Made by a program: the position numbers and the translations under genes | Shown: one piece after another, positions 31,202 to 40,725 of the stretch | Layout of the letters: every line of letters starts with the position of its first letter | Position numbering within the stretch: the stretch's first letter is position 1 | DNA from: Gemmatimonadota bacterium | Lineage (GTDB): Bacteria; Gemmatimonadota; Gemmatimonadetes; Palauibacterales; Palauibacteraceae | Length of the DNA: 64,000 nt | Direction: 5' to 3' | Assembly: GCA_965116475.1 (NCBI GenBank) | Contig: OZ220691.1 | Coordinates: 3,392,001-3,456,000, forward strand | Notes under the pieces: generated by a model | Seen by the model: only the letters and a program-made list of their open reading frames with translations | The model's database searches: none | Told to the model about the DNA's origin: nothing

Positions 31202-32244
31202 CGCGGCGCTTCGGAGGAGGAGGAGTCCGCGTCGATCCGTCCCAGATGGGCGTCGAGCCTGGCGGCCTCCTCCCGGGGCATCACGAGGAGTTCGCCGTTC
31301 GCCTCCACGATAACGAGGCCCGACACGCCGATGACCGTGGCCCGGCGGGACTCCGTCCACACGACGTTGTCCGCCGCGTCGAGGAGGCGGGTCGAGCCGA
31401 TGGCGGCGTTCCCCGCCTCGTCCACCTCTCGGGAGCGCAGCAGCGCGCTCCACACGCCGAGGTCGTCCCAGGCGAATCGGGCCTCGACGGCGGCCACGCG
31501 CTCGGCTCGCTCCATGACGCAGACGTCGATCGCGACCGGCTCGGCACGCGCGAAGAAACCCTCCGCGTCGCCGCGCTCGAGCGCCCGCCACGCGCCCGCG
31601 AGCTCCCGCGCGCAGCGTCGGGCGGCCGCGAGCAGATCGGCCGCCCGCCACACGAAGATGCCGGAGTTCCACAGGAAGCGGCCCGAGTCCAGGTATTCCC
31701 GGGCCGTGCCGCGATCCGGCTTCTCCACGAAACGCCGCACTTCCCGCGCGCCGGACGCGGTCGCCCGCCCGGTCTCCAGGTACCCGAACCCGGTTTCGGG
31801 GCGGTCCGGCCGCACGCCGACGCAGCACAGGTACCCTTCCCGGGCCGCTTCGAGGGCCGGCCGCAGCGTCTCGGCGAGCGCCTCCGGGGGCTCGATGCGG
31901 TGGTCCGCGTGCATGGAGATCATCAGGGCGCCGGGCTGAGCCCGCTCGATCTCGGAGGCTGCCCAGACGAGGGCCGGTCCGGTTCCTCGCGCCTCGGGCT
32001 CGATGAGCGCATCGACGCCCGCCGCATCCAGGTTGGGACGCATGAGCTTCACGAGGCGTTCGGCCGCGACCACCCGGACGCGCGGGGCGCCCACCAGCGC
32101 GACGGCACGGGCGAGGGTATCGTCGATGAGCGGGGCGGGGCCGGCGAGGGGCAGGAGCTGCTTCGGACGGGCCGGGGTCGATGCGGGCCAGAACCGGCGG
32201 CCGATCCCGCCCGCGAGGACCGCGCAGTACGCCTCGAGGTGCAC
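31198..32244 (-). CDS. manC: Mannose-1-phosphate guanylyltransferase
   Basis: LAGGIGRRFWP..PKQLL, ADH, PETGFGY, FVEKP, WNSGIF, WDDLG; SD GGAGG. Confidence 0.9.
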   Translation of the reverse strand: MHLEAYCAVLAGGIGRRFWPASTPARPKQLLPLAGPAPLIDDTLARAVALVGAPRVRVVAAERLVKLMRPNLDAAGVDALIEPEARGTGPALVWAASEIERAQPGALMISMHADHRIEPPEALAETLRPALEAAREGYLCCVGVRPDRPETGFGYLETGRATASGAREVRRFVEKPDRGTAREYLDSGRFLWNSGIFVWRAADLLAAARRCARELAGAWRALERGDAEGFFARAEPVAIDVCVMERAERVAAVEARFAWDDLGVWSALLRSREVDEAGNAAIGSTRLLDAADNVVWTESRRATVIGVSGLVIVEANGELLVMPREEAARLDAHLGRIDADSSSSEAPR

Positions 32245-32438
32245 CGACAGAGCCTCCCTCCCGTCCTCCGAACCGCCCTTCGCGTGCGCCGGGACCTTCC
32301 CGCCGCGGGCCGGCCGCGACGCGGCCAAGCTACGGACGCCGCGGTTGCCGCGCCACGTTGCCGGCCCGCCCGTGCGATCGAGCTTCGTTCGGGTGTTTTT
32401 TCTTGCCCGAGTCCCCCCCGGGCGACAGTTTTCGCGCC

Positions 32439-33011
32439 ATGTTCCCCCGATACCGCACCTGCCCGCGCGTCCGGCTCGGAGCGCTGATCCTCGCGCTCGC
32501 GGCGACGGCCTGCGACGATCCGTTCGATGCCTTCCTCGGCGACGTGCCGCTCACGCCGACGGAGGTCACGCTGTATGACTACGTGACGGGCCGCCTCGAA
32601 GATCCCCCGGCGTTCGACATCGTGCTCGCGGTTCCGGCCCGCGTGGACCAGACGCTGAACTGGGATTTCCTCTTTCAGATCCGTGACGGGGCGGCGGAAC
32701 TCGTCCCCTTCTCGGCGGTCGCGGACAGCGTAACGGACGCGGGTCTGCAGACGACCGGCGAACGCTTCGACGCTGTGCTCGAAGCCCCGGAGGACGGGTA
32801 CACCCTCAACGCACCCATCGCGGTCCAACCGGGGGACGTGCTCATCGCGCGCAGTCGCGTCGACCCGAACAATTTCCTCGCCTGCAGCCGCTACGCGAAG
32901 CTGCAGGTGCTCTCCATCGATCCCGAAGCGGGCACGATCGTCTTCCGCCACCTGGTGAACCCGAACTGCGGAGACATCGTCCTCGAACCGGGGACGCACG
33001 GTTCGCTGTGA
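32439..33011 (+). CDS. Putative lipoprotein of unknown function
   Basis: Basic N-terminus, hydrophobic core, lipobox ATA-C25; acidic beta-rich body. Confidence 0.75.
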   Translation: MFPRYRTCPRVRLGALILALAATACDDPFDAFLGDVPLTPTEVTLYDYVTGRLEDPPAFDIVLAVPARVDQTLNWDFLFQIRDGAAELVPFSAVADSVTDAGLQTTGERFDAVLEAPEDGYTLNAPIAVQPGDVLIARSRVDPNNFLACSRYAKLQVLSIDPEAGTIVFRHLVNPNCGDIVLEPGTHGSL

Positions 33012-33044
33012 CGCCCTGTCCGGCCGGTCCCGCCCCGCACCGAC

Positions 33045-34367
33045 ATGCTTGACCTCAAAACCCTCCGCGACGACCCCGAACTCGTGCGCGACGCCATGCG
33101 CAGGCGTGGCGACGAGTACGCCGCGGGACTCGTGGAGGAGGCGCTGCGGGCGGATGAGGTCCGCCGCGGCCTGATCCGGGAGGTGGAAGTCCTCAAGGCC
33201 GAGCGGAACACGGCGTCGAAGGCGATCGGCGCCGCGAAGGGCAGGGGAGAGGACGCGACGGCGGAGATCGAGGCCATGCGCCGGGTGGCGGCGCGGATCA
33301 GGGTCCTCGACGCGGACCTCGCGCGCACCGAAGCGGAGTTGCACGATCGCCTCCTGCAGATCCCGAACATCCCCGACCCCCGCGTCCCGCCCGGCGAGGA
33401 GGGCGAAGGGCCGACGGTTGCGGAGTGGGGCGCCCCGCGGAAAGGCGAAGTGCCGCCGCACTGGGACCTCGGGGCGACGCACGGCCACGCGGACCCCGGG
33501 GGCGCCGCGCTGCCGGGGGGCAGGACGCCAGCCCTGGATATCGAGCGCGGGGCGAAGATCGCGGGCTCCGGCTTTCCGCTCCTCGTCGGCGGCGGCGCCC
33601 GCCTCAGCCGGGCGCTCGTTCAGTTCATGCTCGACCTCCACGTCCGCGAGCACGGATACCTGGAGGTCCTGCCCCCCCTCGTCGTTTCGCGGGATTCGAT
33701 GATGGGGACGGGTCACATCCCCAAGTTCGAAGACGACGCCTACCGGACGGATCCCGACGACCTCTTCCTCGTGCCCACGGCCGAGGTGCCCCTCACGAAT
33801 CTGCACCGGGGAGAGATGCTGTCCGCGGACGACCTCCCGCTGGCGTACGTCGCGCACACGCCATGCTTCCGGCGCGAGGCCGGCGCCGCGGGCCGCGATA
33901 CGCGAGGGCTCCTGCGGGTTCATCAGTTCGACAAGGTGGAGATCGTCCGCATCTGCCGGCCCGAGGAGTCGGAGGCGCAACTGGAGCTTCTCACCCGACA
34001 CGCGGAGCGGGTGCTCGAGCTCCTGGACGTCCCGTACCGCCGGGTTCTGCTCCCGCTGGGAGATCTCGGATTCGCGAACGCGATCACCTACGACCTGGAG
34101 ATCTGGGCTCCCGGCGTCGAGGCATGGCTCGAGGTGTCGAGTTGTTCGTCGTACGGGGACTTCCAGGCACGGCGCTCCGACATCCGCTTCCGGCCGGAGG
34201 GCGGGGGACGCCCGCTGCACGTGCACACGCTGAACGGTTCGGCGCTGGCCCTGGCCCGACTCATCGTGGTGTTGCTCGAGACGGGCTTCCGCGAGGGTGA
34301 GGGGATCCTGCTGCCGGAGATTCTCCACCCCTATCTCGGGTTCGAGCGGCTCGAGCTCTGCCGGTGA
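33045..34367 (+). CDS. serS: Serine--tRNA ligase
   Basis: MLDLK, PTAEVPLTN, CFRREAGAAGRDTRGLLRVHQFDKVE, EVSSCS, TLNGSALA. Confidence 0.97.
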   Translation: MLDLKTLRDDPELVRDAMRRRGDEYAAGLVEEALRADEVRRGLIREVEVLKAERNTASKAIGAAKGRGEDATAEIEAMRRVAARIRVLDADLARTEAELHDRLLQIPNIPDPRVPPGEEGEGPTVAEWGAPRKGEVPPHWDLGATHGHADPGGAALPGGRTPALDIERGAKIAGSGFPLLVGGGARLSRALVQFMLDLHVREHGYLEVLPPLVVSRDSMMGTGHIPKFEDDAYRTDPDDLFLVPTAEVPLTNLHRGEMLSADDLPLAYVAHTPCFRREAGAAGRDTRGLLRVHQFDKVEIVRICRPEESEAQLELLTRHAERVLELLDVPYRRVLLPLGDLGFANAITYDLEIWAPGVEAWLEVSSCSSYGDFQARRSDIRFRPEGGGRPLHVHTLNGSALALARLIVVLLETGFREGEGILLPEILHPYLGFERLELCR

Positions 34368-35593
34368 ACCGGCTCTGGAACCGGCGCGGCGGCGCGCTGC
34401 TGCTCGCGGTGCTGTCCACGGGCGTCCTCGTGTGGTCCGCCATCTTCTCGCGTCAGCAGGCGGAGGAACGGCGGCTCGACGCCGCGGTCCTCGGGCAGTT
34501 GACGGCCATCAGCATCGCGGCCGCGGCGGGCAACCTCACGGCCGAGGAACAGAACGAACTCTGGAACCAGGCTTCGCAGCAGGTGGGCGCCCAGGTCCGG
34601 CGCCTCCGCATCCCCATCGTGATCACCGACACCCTGGGCAACCCGAGCAGCTGGGCGCACCTGCCCGACGACTTCCCGCTCGGCCCGACCGGCGACCCGG
34701 ACGACCAGGCGCTTCGCGAATTCGTGGCCGAACTCGACGCCCTGCGGCCGCCCTTCGAGGCGCCCGGCCTGCAGGTCCACTTCGGCGACCCCGAGTTCAC
34801 GAGCCGCCTCCGCCTGATCCCGTGGCTGCAGGCGGCCTCGCTCCTCGCCATCCTCGGCAGCGGCGGCTGGCTCCTCTTCCTCTCCTTCCGGAGCGAGCGG
34901 GAGCGCATCTGGTCTGCCATGGCCAGGGAATCGGCGCACCAGATGGGGACCCCGCTCAGTTCGCTCGTCGGCTGGCTGGAGGTGCTGGAAGACCGGCCGC
35001 GCCCCCGTGGATCGGAGGTGGGGCAGCCGGACCTCATCGACGAGATGGCGGCGGACGTGACGCGTCTGCAGAAGGTGTCGCGCCGCTTCGAACTCATCGG
35101 CCACAAACCGAAGCTCGAACCCATGTCCATGCGCGCCACGGCCATACAGCTTCGGCAGTACTTCGAGGCGCGCCTCCCCACGCTCTCCCGCACCGGCAAG
35201 ATCGAGATCGCGGTGGAGATGGAACCCGAGGCGCCGGACGTGCTGGGCAACCCGACGCTCCTGGAATGGGCGTTCGAGAACCTGATCCGGAACGCGATCG
35301 ACGCGCTGGCCCCGGATGGCGGCCGGATCGTGATCTCCCACCTCGGCCCGAGCGGCAAGCGTGCCGTGTTCCGGGTGCTCGACACGGGACCCGGGATCCC
35401 TCCCGCGCTCCGGGACAAGATCTTCAACATCGGCGTCACGACGAAGAAGCACGGGTGGGGCGTCGGCCTGTCTCTCGTGCGGCGCATCATCGAAGACATG
35501 CACGATGGTTCCATCCGCCTCGAGGACACGGGGCGTGGCGCGAGCTTCCGGATCGAACTTCCGCGTCACCGTGCCGGGAAACGGGGGACGTGA
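34364..35593 (+). CDS. Membrane sensor histidine kinase (no adjacent response regulator)
   Basis: Two TM helices, H-box ESAHQMGTPLS, N-box ENLIRNAIDA, DTGPGI, TTK..GWGVGL. Confidence 0.92.
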   Translation: MNRLWNRRGGALLLAVLSTGVLVWSAIFSRQQAEERRLDAAVLGQLTAISIAAAAGNLTAEEQNELWNQASQQVGAQVRRLRIPIVITDTLGNPSSWAHLPDDFPLGPTGDPDDQALREFVAELDALRPPFEAPGLQVHFGDPEFTSRLRLIPWLQAASLLAILGSGGWLLFLSFRSERERIWSAMARESAHQMGTPLSSLVGWLEVLEDRPRPRGSEVGQPDLIDEMAADVTRLQKVSRRFELIGHKPKLEPMSMRATAIQLRQYFEARLPTLSRTGKIEIAVEMEPEAPDVLGNPTLLEWAFENLIRNAIDALAPDGGRIVISHLGPSGKRAVFRVLDTGPGIPPALRDKIFNIGVTTKKHGWGVGLSLVRRIIEDMHDGSIRLEDTGRGASFRIELPRHRAGKRGT

Positions 35594-37896
35594 GAGGGCT
35601 CCGCCTCAACCCGGAACAGCGGGAGGCCGTCGAGCACGGGGAAGGGCCGCTGCTGGTCCTCGCCGGCGCGGGCTCCGGCAAGACCCGCGTGCTCACGGCG
35701 CGGGCCGCCCGCCTCATCGAGGAGGGCCTGGAGCCAACGCGCCTCCTCGCCGTCACCTTCACGAACAAGGCCGCCGGCGAGATGCGGGAACGGATCGAGG
35801 GACTCATCGGCCGCTCCACGCGGGGCCTGTGGATCGGCACGTTCCACTCGGTTGCCGCGCGCCTCCTTCGCATCGAGGCCCCGAACACATCCCGCACGCG
35901 GGCCTTCACGATCTACGACGAGGATGACTCCATCCGCACGCTCAGGGATGTGATGGCGTCGGCGGGCTACGACCCCAAACGCTGGGCGCCCCGGGCGCTG
36001 CGCGGCCGGATCTCCGGCGCCAAGAACGCGCTCATGGGACCCGCGGAGTACGAGTCGGAGGCCTTCGACCTGCTCGCGGAGGTCGTGGCGAAGGTCTATC
36101 CGGCGTACCAGCGCGAACTCGAACGGCGCAACGCCTACGATTTCGACGACCTCCTCTTCGAGACGGTGCGCCTGCTGGAGACGGTGGACGGCGCGCGGGA
36201 TCGCTACGCCGCCCGCTTCGCCCACGTGCTCGTGGACGAGTACCAGGACACGAATCACGCCCAGTACCGGATGGTGAAGGCGATGGCCTCGAAACACGGG
36301 AACCTGTGTGTCGTGGGGGACGACGATCAGGCCGTGTACGGATGGCGCGGCGCGGACATCCGGAACATCCTCGACTTCGAAGCCGACTTCCACGGCGCGC
36401 ACGTCGTGCGGCTGGAGCGGAACTACCGTTCGACGGGGTCGATTCTCGAGGTCGCGAACGCCGTCATCTCCCGCAACCTCGCGAGGAAACCGAAGCGGCT
36501 GCACACGGAGCGCGAAGCCGGCGACCCGATCGAGGTCGTCCGCTGCGATGACGAGCGGGCGGAGGCGGCGTGGGTGTCGTCACGGATCGCGGCGGGCCGC
36601 GGCACACGCGGCCTGAACGAGTTCGCGGTGCTGTACCGGACGAACGCGCAGTCGCGGGCCTTCGAGGAGGCGTTCCGGCGTTCCGGCATCCCGTACCGGA
36701 TCGTGGGTGGCGTCCCCTTCTACGAACGTCGCGAGGTGAAGGATGTGATCGCCTACCTGCGCCTCCTCGTGAACCCGGCGGACGACGCCGCGTTTCTGCG
36801 CGCCGTGGGGTGGCCGAGGCGCGGCGTAGGAGCAAGAAGCCTCGAGCGGCTGGAGGAACTCGCCCGCGCGGGCGCCGGAGCGGGGGAAACCGCCGAACCT
36901 CTGGCGGCGGCCGCCGCGAGGGCGCGACACGAAGACGGCATCCCGCGGGCGGCGGCGCGCGGCCTGAGGCGGTTCGCCGAGGGGCTCGCCGACCTGAGGG
37001 CCTCACTCCCCGGCAGCGGCGCCCGGGAAGCGATCGAGGCGTGCGTGGCGGCCTTCGGGCTGGCCACCGCGCTGGCGGAGGAGGAGGACGGCGCGGACCG
37101 GCTGGAGAACGTGAGCGAACTGTTCGCGGCGGCGGAAGTGTTCGAGCGGGACGATGTGGAAGACCCCGATGACGAAGCTACGGATCTCGAGCTGTTCCTG
37201 CAGTCCGTTTCGCTGCGTTCCGACCTCGACGAGGCCGATTTCGACGGTGAAGCGGTGACGATGATCACGCTGCACAATGCGAAGGGACTCGAGTTCCCGG
37301 TGGTCTTCCTGGGCGGGCTGGAGGAGGGTCTCTTTCCCCTCTCGCGGGCGGTGGAGGCGCCGGGCGGACTGGAAGAAGAACGGCGCCTCTTCTACGTGGG
37401 GGTCACGCGGGCGATGGACCGGCTGAGCCTGACGTATGCGGACCACCGCTGGCGGGCGGGGATGGCAAGCCGGTCGGCCCCGTCGAGCTTCCTCGATGAA
37501 CTCCCCGAGGAACACGTGCTTCCGCGGTTGGCGGCGGGGCGCCGGCACCGGTGGCGTGGCCGCGATGCCCGTGCAGCCGGCCGCCGCCCGCCGCCCGGAG
37601 GGGAGCCGCGCGGCCGCTCCTTCGCCTGGCAGCGGAGCCCGGACCGCGGATCGGACCGCCCCGCCGGCTCCGGCGTGGAGGGAGGGTCGGGATCGGGCGA
37701 ACTCGAGTACGATTACGATGACTCGCAGGTGCCGCTCTCGCTCACCCCGGGCGTACGCGTGGTACATCCGCGCTTCGGGGCCGGCGAGGTACTGCAGGTG
37801 TACGGCTTCGGGAGGGAGGCCAAGGCCGACATCGCGTTCGAAGAGGTCGGCCGGAAGAAAGTCATCGTCGCCTACGCCGGGTTGCGCCCCGCCTAG
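35590..37896 (+). CDS. uvrD: UvrD/PcrA ATP-dependent DNA helicase
   Basis: AGAGSGKT, TFTNKAA, VDEYQDTN, VGDDDQ, NYRS, HNAKGLEF, EERRLFYVG, C-terminal HPRFGAG Tudor-like domain. Confidence 0.95.
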   Translation: MRGLRLNPEQREAVEHGEGPLLVLAGAGSGKTRVLTARAARLIEEGLEPTRLLAVTFTNKAAGEMRERIEGLIGRSTRGLWIGTFHSVAARLLRIEAPNTSRTRAFTIYDEDDSIRTLRDVMASAGYDPKRWAPRALRGRISGAKNALMGPAEYESEAFDLLAEVVAKVYPAYQRELERRNAYDFDDLLFETVRLLETVDGARDRYAARFAHVLVDEYQDTNHAQYRMVKAMASKHGNLCVVGDDDQAVYGWRGADIRNILDFEADFHGAHVVRLERNYRSTGSILEVANAVISRNLARKPKRLHTEREAGDPIEVVRCDDERAEAAWVSSRIAAGRGTRGLNEFAVLYRTNAQSRAFEEAFRRSGIPYRIVGGVPFYERREVKDVIAYLRLLVNPADDAAFLRAVGWPRRGVGARSLERLEELARAGAGAGETAEPLAAAAARARHEDGIPRAAARGLRRFAEGLADLRASLPGSGAREAIEACVAAFGLATALAEEEDGADRLENVSELFAAAEVFERDDVEDPDDEATDLELFLQSVSLRSDLDEADFDGEAVTMITLHNAKGLEFPVVFLGGLEEGLFPLSRAVEAPGGLEEERRLFYVGVTRAMDRLSLTYADHRWRAGMASRSAPSSFLDELPEEHVLPRLAAGRRHRWRGRDARAAGRRPPPGGEPRGRSFAWQRSPDRGSDRPAGSGVEGGSGSGELEYDYDDSQVPLSLTPGVRVVHPRFGAGEVLQVYGFGREAKADIAFEEVGRKKVIVAYAGLRPA

Positions 37897-37917
37897 CAGT
37901 AGCAGCCTGCGCGCCGG

Positions 37918-38385
37918 TTACTCTCCGCCGCGGTCCCCCAGCGCCCGAACCACCCGCTTCGCGGTCGAGACGTTGTCCTTGCCGCGCCGGAGCCCGCGCA
38001 GCAGAGAGGCCGTCGTGAGGAACGTCTCCTCGGCCTCCTCCTGAACGACCGCGAGCAGCGCCGCGACCTCCACCACCCGCTCCTCGACCAGATCCACCAT
38101 GCGGCCCGTGGATGCGCTCGCGCTCTTCAGCGCCTCTCCCACGCCGTCCGCATCGTCGCGCAGTTGCCCCGCGATCCGCCGCGCCTGGTCGCTCGCCTGT
38201 TCGACGTTGTGCAGCACCGGCTTGAGGCGGTCGCCAAGGTCGGTGACCGTGCCCGAAATCCGTCCCAGCGGCTCGCGGGTCTCGCGCAGCAGGCGGATCG
38301 CGTGCAGGAGGACGATGAGAATCGCCAGCGCGACGACGAGCCAAACCGCCATCCCGGCCACGACCGCGATCTCGTATGTGGTCAC
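37918..38385 (-). CDS. Single-TM coiled-coil membrane protein (DUF948/YoxC-like)
   Basis: N-terminal TM helix followed by amphipathic helices. Confidence 0.7.
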   Translation of the reverse strand: MTTYEIAVVAGMAVWLVVALAILIVLLHAIRLLRETREPLGRISGTVTDLGDRLKPVLHNVEQASDQARRIAGQLRDDADGVGEALKSASASTGRMVDLVEERVVEVAALLAVVQEEAEETFLTTASLLRGLRRGKDNVSTAKRVVRALGDRGGE

Positions 38386-38541
38386 TTCGGCTCCCCGGAG
38401 GACAGTCGGAAGGACGAGCAGTCCGTGGGAGGAGAGTATAGGCCGCCCTCCGTCCGCCGGCTACTTTGGCGCGCGGCGCCGGCGGGCGGTGCGGGGCAAC
38501 GACAACCAGGCCGGATGCGGGAACGGGCGGGAGGAGGCGCG

Positions 38542-39831
38542 ATGTACTATCGGATCGAGGGTGGCAGCGAGCTGAGCGGCGAGTTCACGCCGGCCGGCAA
38601 CAAGAACGCCGCCCTCCCGGTCCTCGCCGCCACGCTCCTCACGCGCGAGCCGGTGCGAATCGAGAACGTCCCGCGCATCACCGACGTGGAGACGCTGCTC
38701 GACCTTCTCCGTAGTCTCGGCGTCGAGGGTGGCTGGACGGCGCCGAACGTGCTCGAGCTCGACGCCGCCGGCGTGGATCCGCGGGCGGTCCCCGATGCGG
38801 ATCTGGCCGGCCGAATCCGCGGATCGGTGCTGCTCGCGGGCCCCATGCTCGCCCGGTTGGGATCCTGTCAGCTCCCACACCCCGGCGGGGACTTCATCGG
38901 TCGCCGCCGTCTCGACACTCACATGCTTGCGCTGCAGGCGCTCGGGGCGGCCGTCGATGTCGGAGACCGCTACGTCCTGCGCGCTCCCCGCCTCCGCGGC
39001 GCTTCCGTCTTTCTCGATGAGCCGTCCGTGACGGGCACGGAGAACGCCGTGCTCGCGGCGGCGACCGCGACGGGCACGACGGAACTTCGCAACGCCGCCA
39101 CCGAACCCCACGTGCAGGACCTGTGCCGCTTCCTCGTCACGCTCGGCGCCCGCATCGACGGCATCGGGACTTCGCGGCTCGTCATCGAGGGCGTGGAGGC
39201 CCTGGGAGGCGGGACGTTTCGGGTCGGACCGGATCACATTGAGATCGGAAGCGTGATCGGGCTGGCGGCGGCGACGGGCTCGACCCTTCGGATCGCCGGC
39301 GTGGATCCGGCCCACTTCGACCCCCTTCGCGTGGGATTCCGGCGCCTCGGCCTCGAGTTCGCGTGGCGCGATGACCGGCTCCTCGTGCGCGGCGCCGGGG
39401 AACTCGAGATCCAGCCCGATCTCGGCGGCCAGATTCCGAAGATCGACGACGGTCCCTGGCCGGCGTTCCCGGCGGATCTGATCAGCATCGCGCTGGTGGC
39501 CGCGACCCAGTGCCGAGGCACCGTCCTCATCCACGAGAAGATGTTCGAGTCGCGGATGTTCTTCGTCGACAAAGTGATCGCCATGGGCGCCCGCATCGTC
39601 CTCTGCGATCCGCACCGGGCCGTCGTCGTGGGACCTTCGCCGCTGCGCGGGGCGACCCTCGAGAGCCCCGACATCCGGGCCGGCATGGCGCTCCTCATCG
39701 CGGCGCTGGCGGCGGAAGGCGCGAGCCGCGTGCACAACATTGGGCAGATAGAGCGCGGCTACGAGCGCATCCATGAGCGGCTCGCGTCGCTGGGGGCCCA
39801 CATCGAACGCGTCGAGCCGCCAGCCGTATGA
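38542..39831 (+). CDS. murA: UDP-N-acetylglucosamine 1-carboxyvinyltransferase (Asp-type active site)
   Basis: GNKNAALP, PGGDFIGRR, PSVTGTEN, WPAFPADL, MFESR, DIRAG, RGYE; SD GGAGG. Confidence 0.96.
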   Translation: MYYRIEGGSELSGEFTPAGNKNAALPVLAATLLTREPVRIENVPRITDVETLLDLLRSLGVEGGWTAPNVLELDAAGVDPRAVPDADLAGRIRGSVLLAGPMLARLGSCQLPHPGGDFIGRRRLDTHMLALQALGAAVDVGDRYVLRAPRLRGASVFLDEPSVTGTENAVLAAATATGTTELRNAATEPHVQDLCRFLVTLGARIDGIGTSRLVIEGVEALGGGTFRVGPDHIEIGSVIGLAAATGSTLRIAGVDPAHFDPLRVGFRRLGLEFAWRDDRLLVRGAGELEIQPDLGGQIPKIDDGPWPAFPADLISIALVAATQCRGTVLIHEKMFESRMFFVDKVIAMGARIVLCDPHRAVVVGPSPLRGATLESPDIRAGMALLIAALAAEGASRVHNIGQIERGYERIHERLASLGAHIERVEPPAV

Positions 39832-40577
39832 CGGAGGTCGCGGAGGTCCCGCAGGACGGCATGCTGCGGTTGTCGCAGTGGGAGTCGCTCGATCCGAACG
39901 TCGTGTGCGGGATCACGACGGCGGAACGCGGGGACCTCGCGGTCGAGGAGGCGTCTCCGGAGCGCGTGGCCGCGGTCTACGCGGATCTGGCGCGGGAACT
40001 CGGCTTCCGCCGGGTATCGGTGCCGATCCAGGTCCACGGCACGGACCTGCGGGAGATCGGCGCCCCACCGACCCCGGACCCGGGTGGATGCACCGTCCAC
40101 CGGGCGGGTCGCGTGGACGGCCAGCTTGCGGACGGGCCCGGCTGGCTGCTGGCCGCGACCGCCGCCGATTGCGTGCCGGTCTATCTGTGGTCCCGCGAAC
40201 TCGGGCGTATCGGGCTGGTCCACGCGGGATGGCGCGGGGCCGCGGCGGGCATCCTTCCGCGCGCGATCTCGCGGCTCGAACGCGGATCCTCCGGCGGCGT
40301 CGAGGATCTCCGCGTCCACCTGGGGCCCGCGATCTGCGGGCGCTGCTACGAGGTCGACACACCCGTGCTTGCCGCCTTCGGCTTCGGCGGCACGCGCGCC
40401 CGACTCGATCTGCGCGGGATTCTCGCCGCCCAGGCCACGACGGCCGGCGTCGCACCCGGCGCGCTTTCGAGTTCCCGTTACTGCACGTCATGCGGGCCGG
40501 GCGACCTTTACTCGCACCGCGCGAGCGGCGGTACGGCGGGACGGATGGCTGCCTTCCTGGGGCTGCGCGGAGACTGA
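39828..40577 (+). CDS. pgeF: PgeF/YfiH family (peptidoglycan editing factor / purine nucleoside phosphorylase)
   Basis: QVHG, ADCVPV, HAGWRG, GPAICGRCYEV, YSHR...GRM. Confidence 0.9.
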   Translation: MTEVAEVPQDGMLRLSQWESLDPNVVCGITTAERGDLAVEEASPERVAAVYADLARELGFRRVSVPIQVHGTDLREIGAPPTPDPGGCTVHRAGRVDGQLADGPGWLLAATAADCVPVYLWSRELGRIGLVHAGWRGAAAGILPRAISRLERGSSGGVEDLRVHLGPAICGRCYEVDTPVLAAFGFGGTRARLDLRGILAAQATTAGVAPGALSSSRYCTSCGPGDLYSHRASGGTAGRMAAFLGLRGD

Positions 40578-40607
40578 ACCGGGGACGCCGGCGAGCGGTA
40601 CGGGCTG

Positions 40608-40636
40608 TTGCAGCGGCTCGGACCCCGCCGTATGTT
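40608..40636 (+). promoter_or_regulatory. Putative sigma70 promoter of the rimP-nusA-infB operon
   Basis: TTGCAG-N17-TATGTT. Confidence 0.6.
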
Positions 40637-40691
40637 CGGAGTCGCATGTTCACATACGTCCGCGCGGGCCGGCGGGCGGTGGCGTTACTCG

Positions 40692-40725
40692 AAGTGGGGA
40701 AGCTGTACGGGCCCCACTTTTTTTT
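40692..40725 (+). terminator. rimP leader terminator/attenuator hairpin
   Basis: AAGTGGGG...CCCCACTT stem followed by a T-tract, between the promoter and rimP. Confidence 0.75.

Noticed and set aside
34297..35589. 1199-aa ORF suggesting an N-terminally extended UvrD
   Set aside because: The extension is an off-frame read of the kinase gene; UvrD homology begins at GTG 35590.
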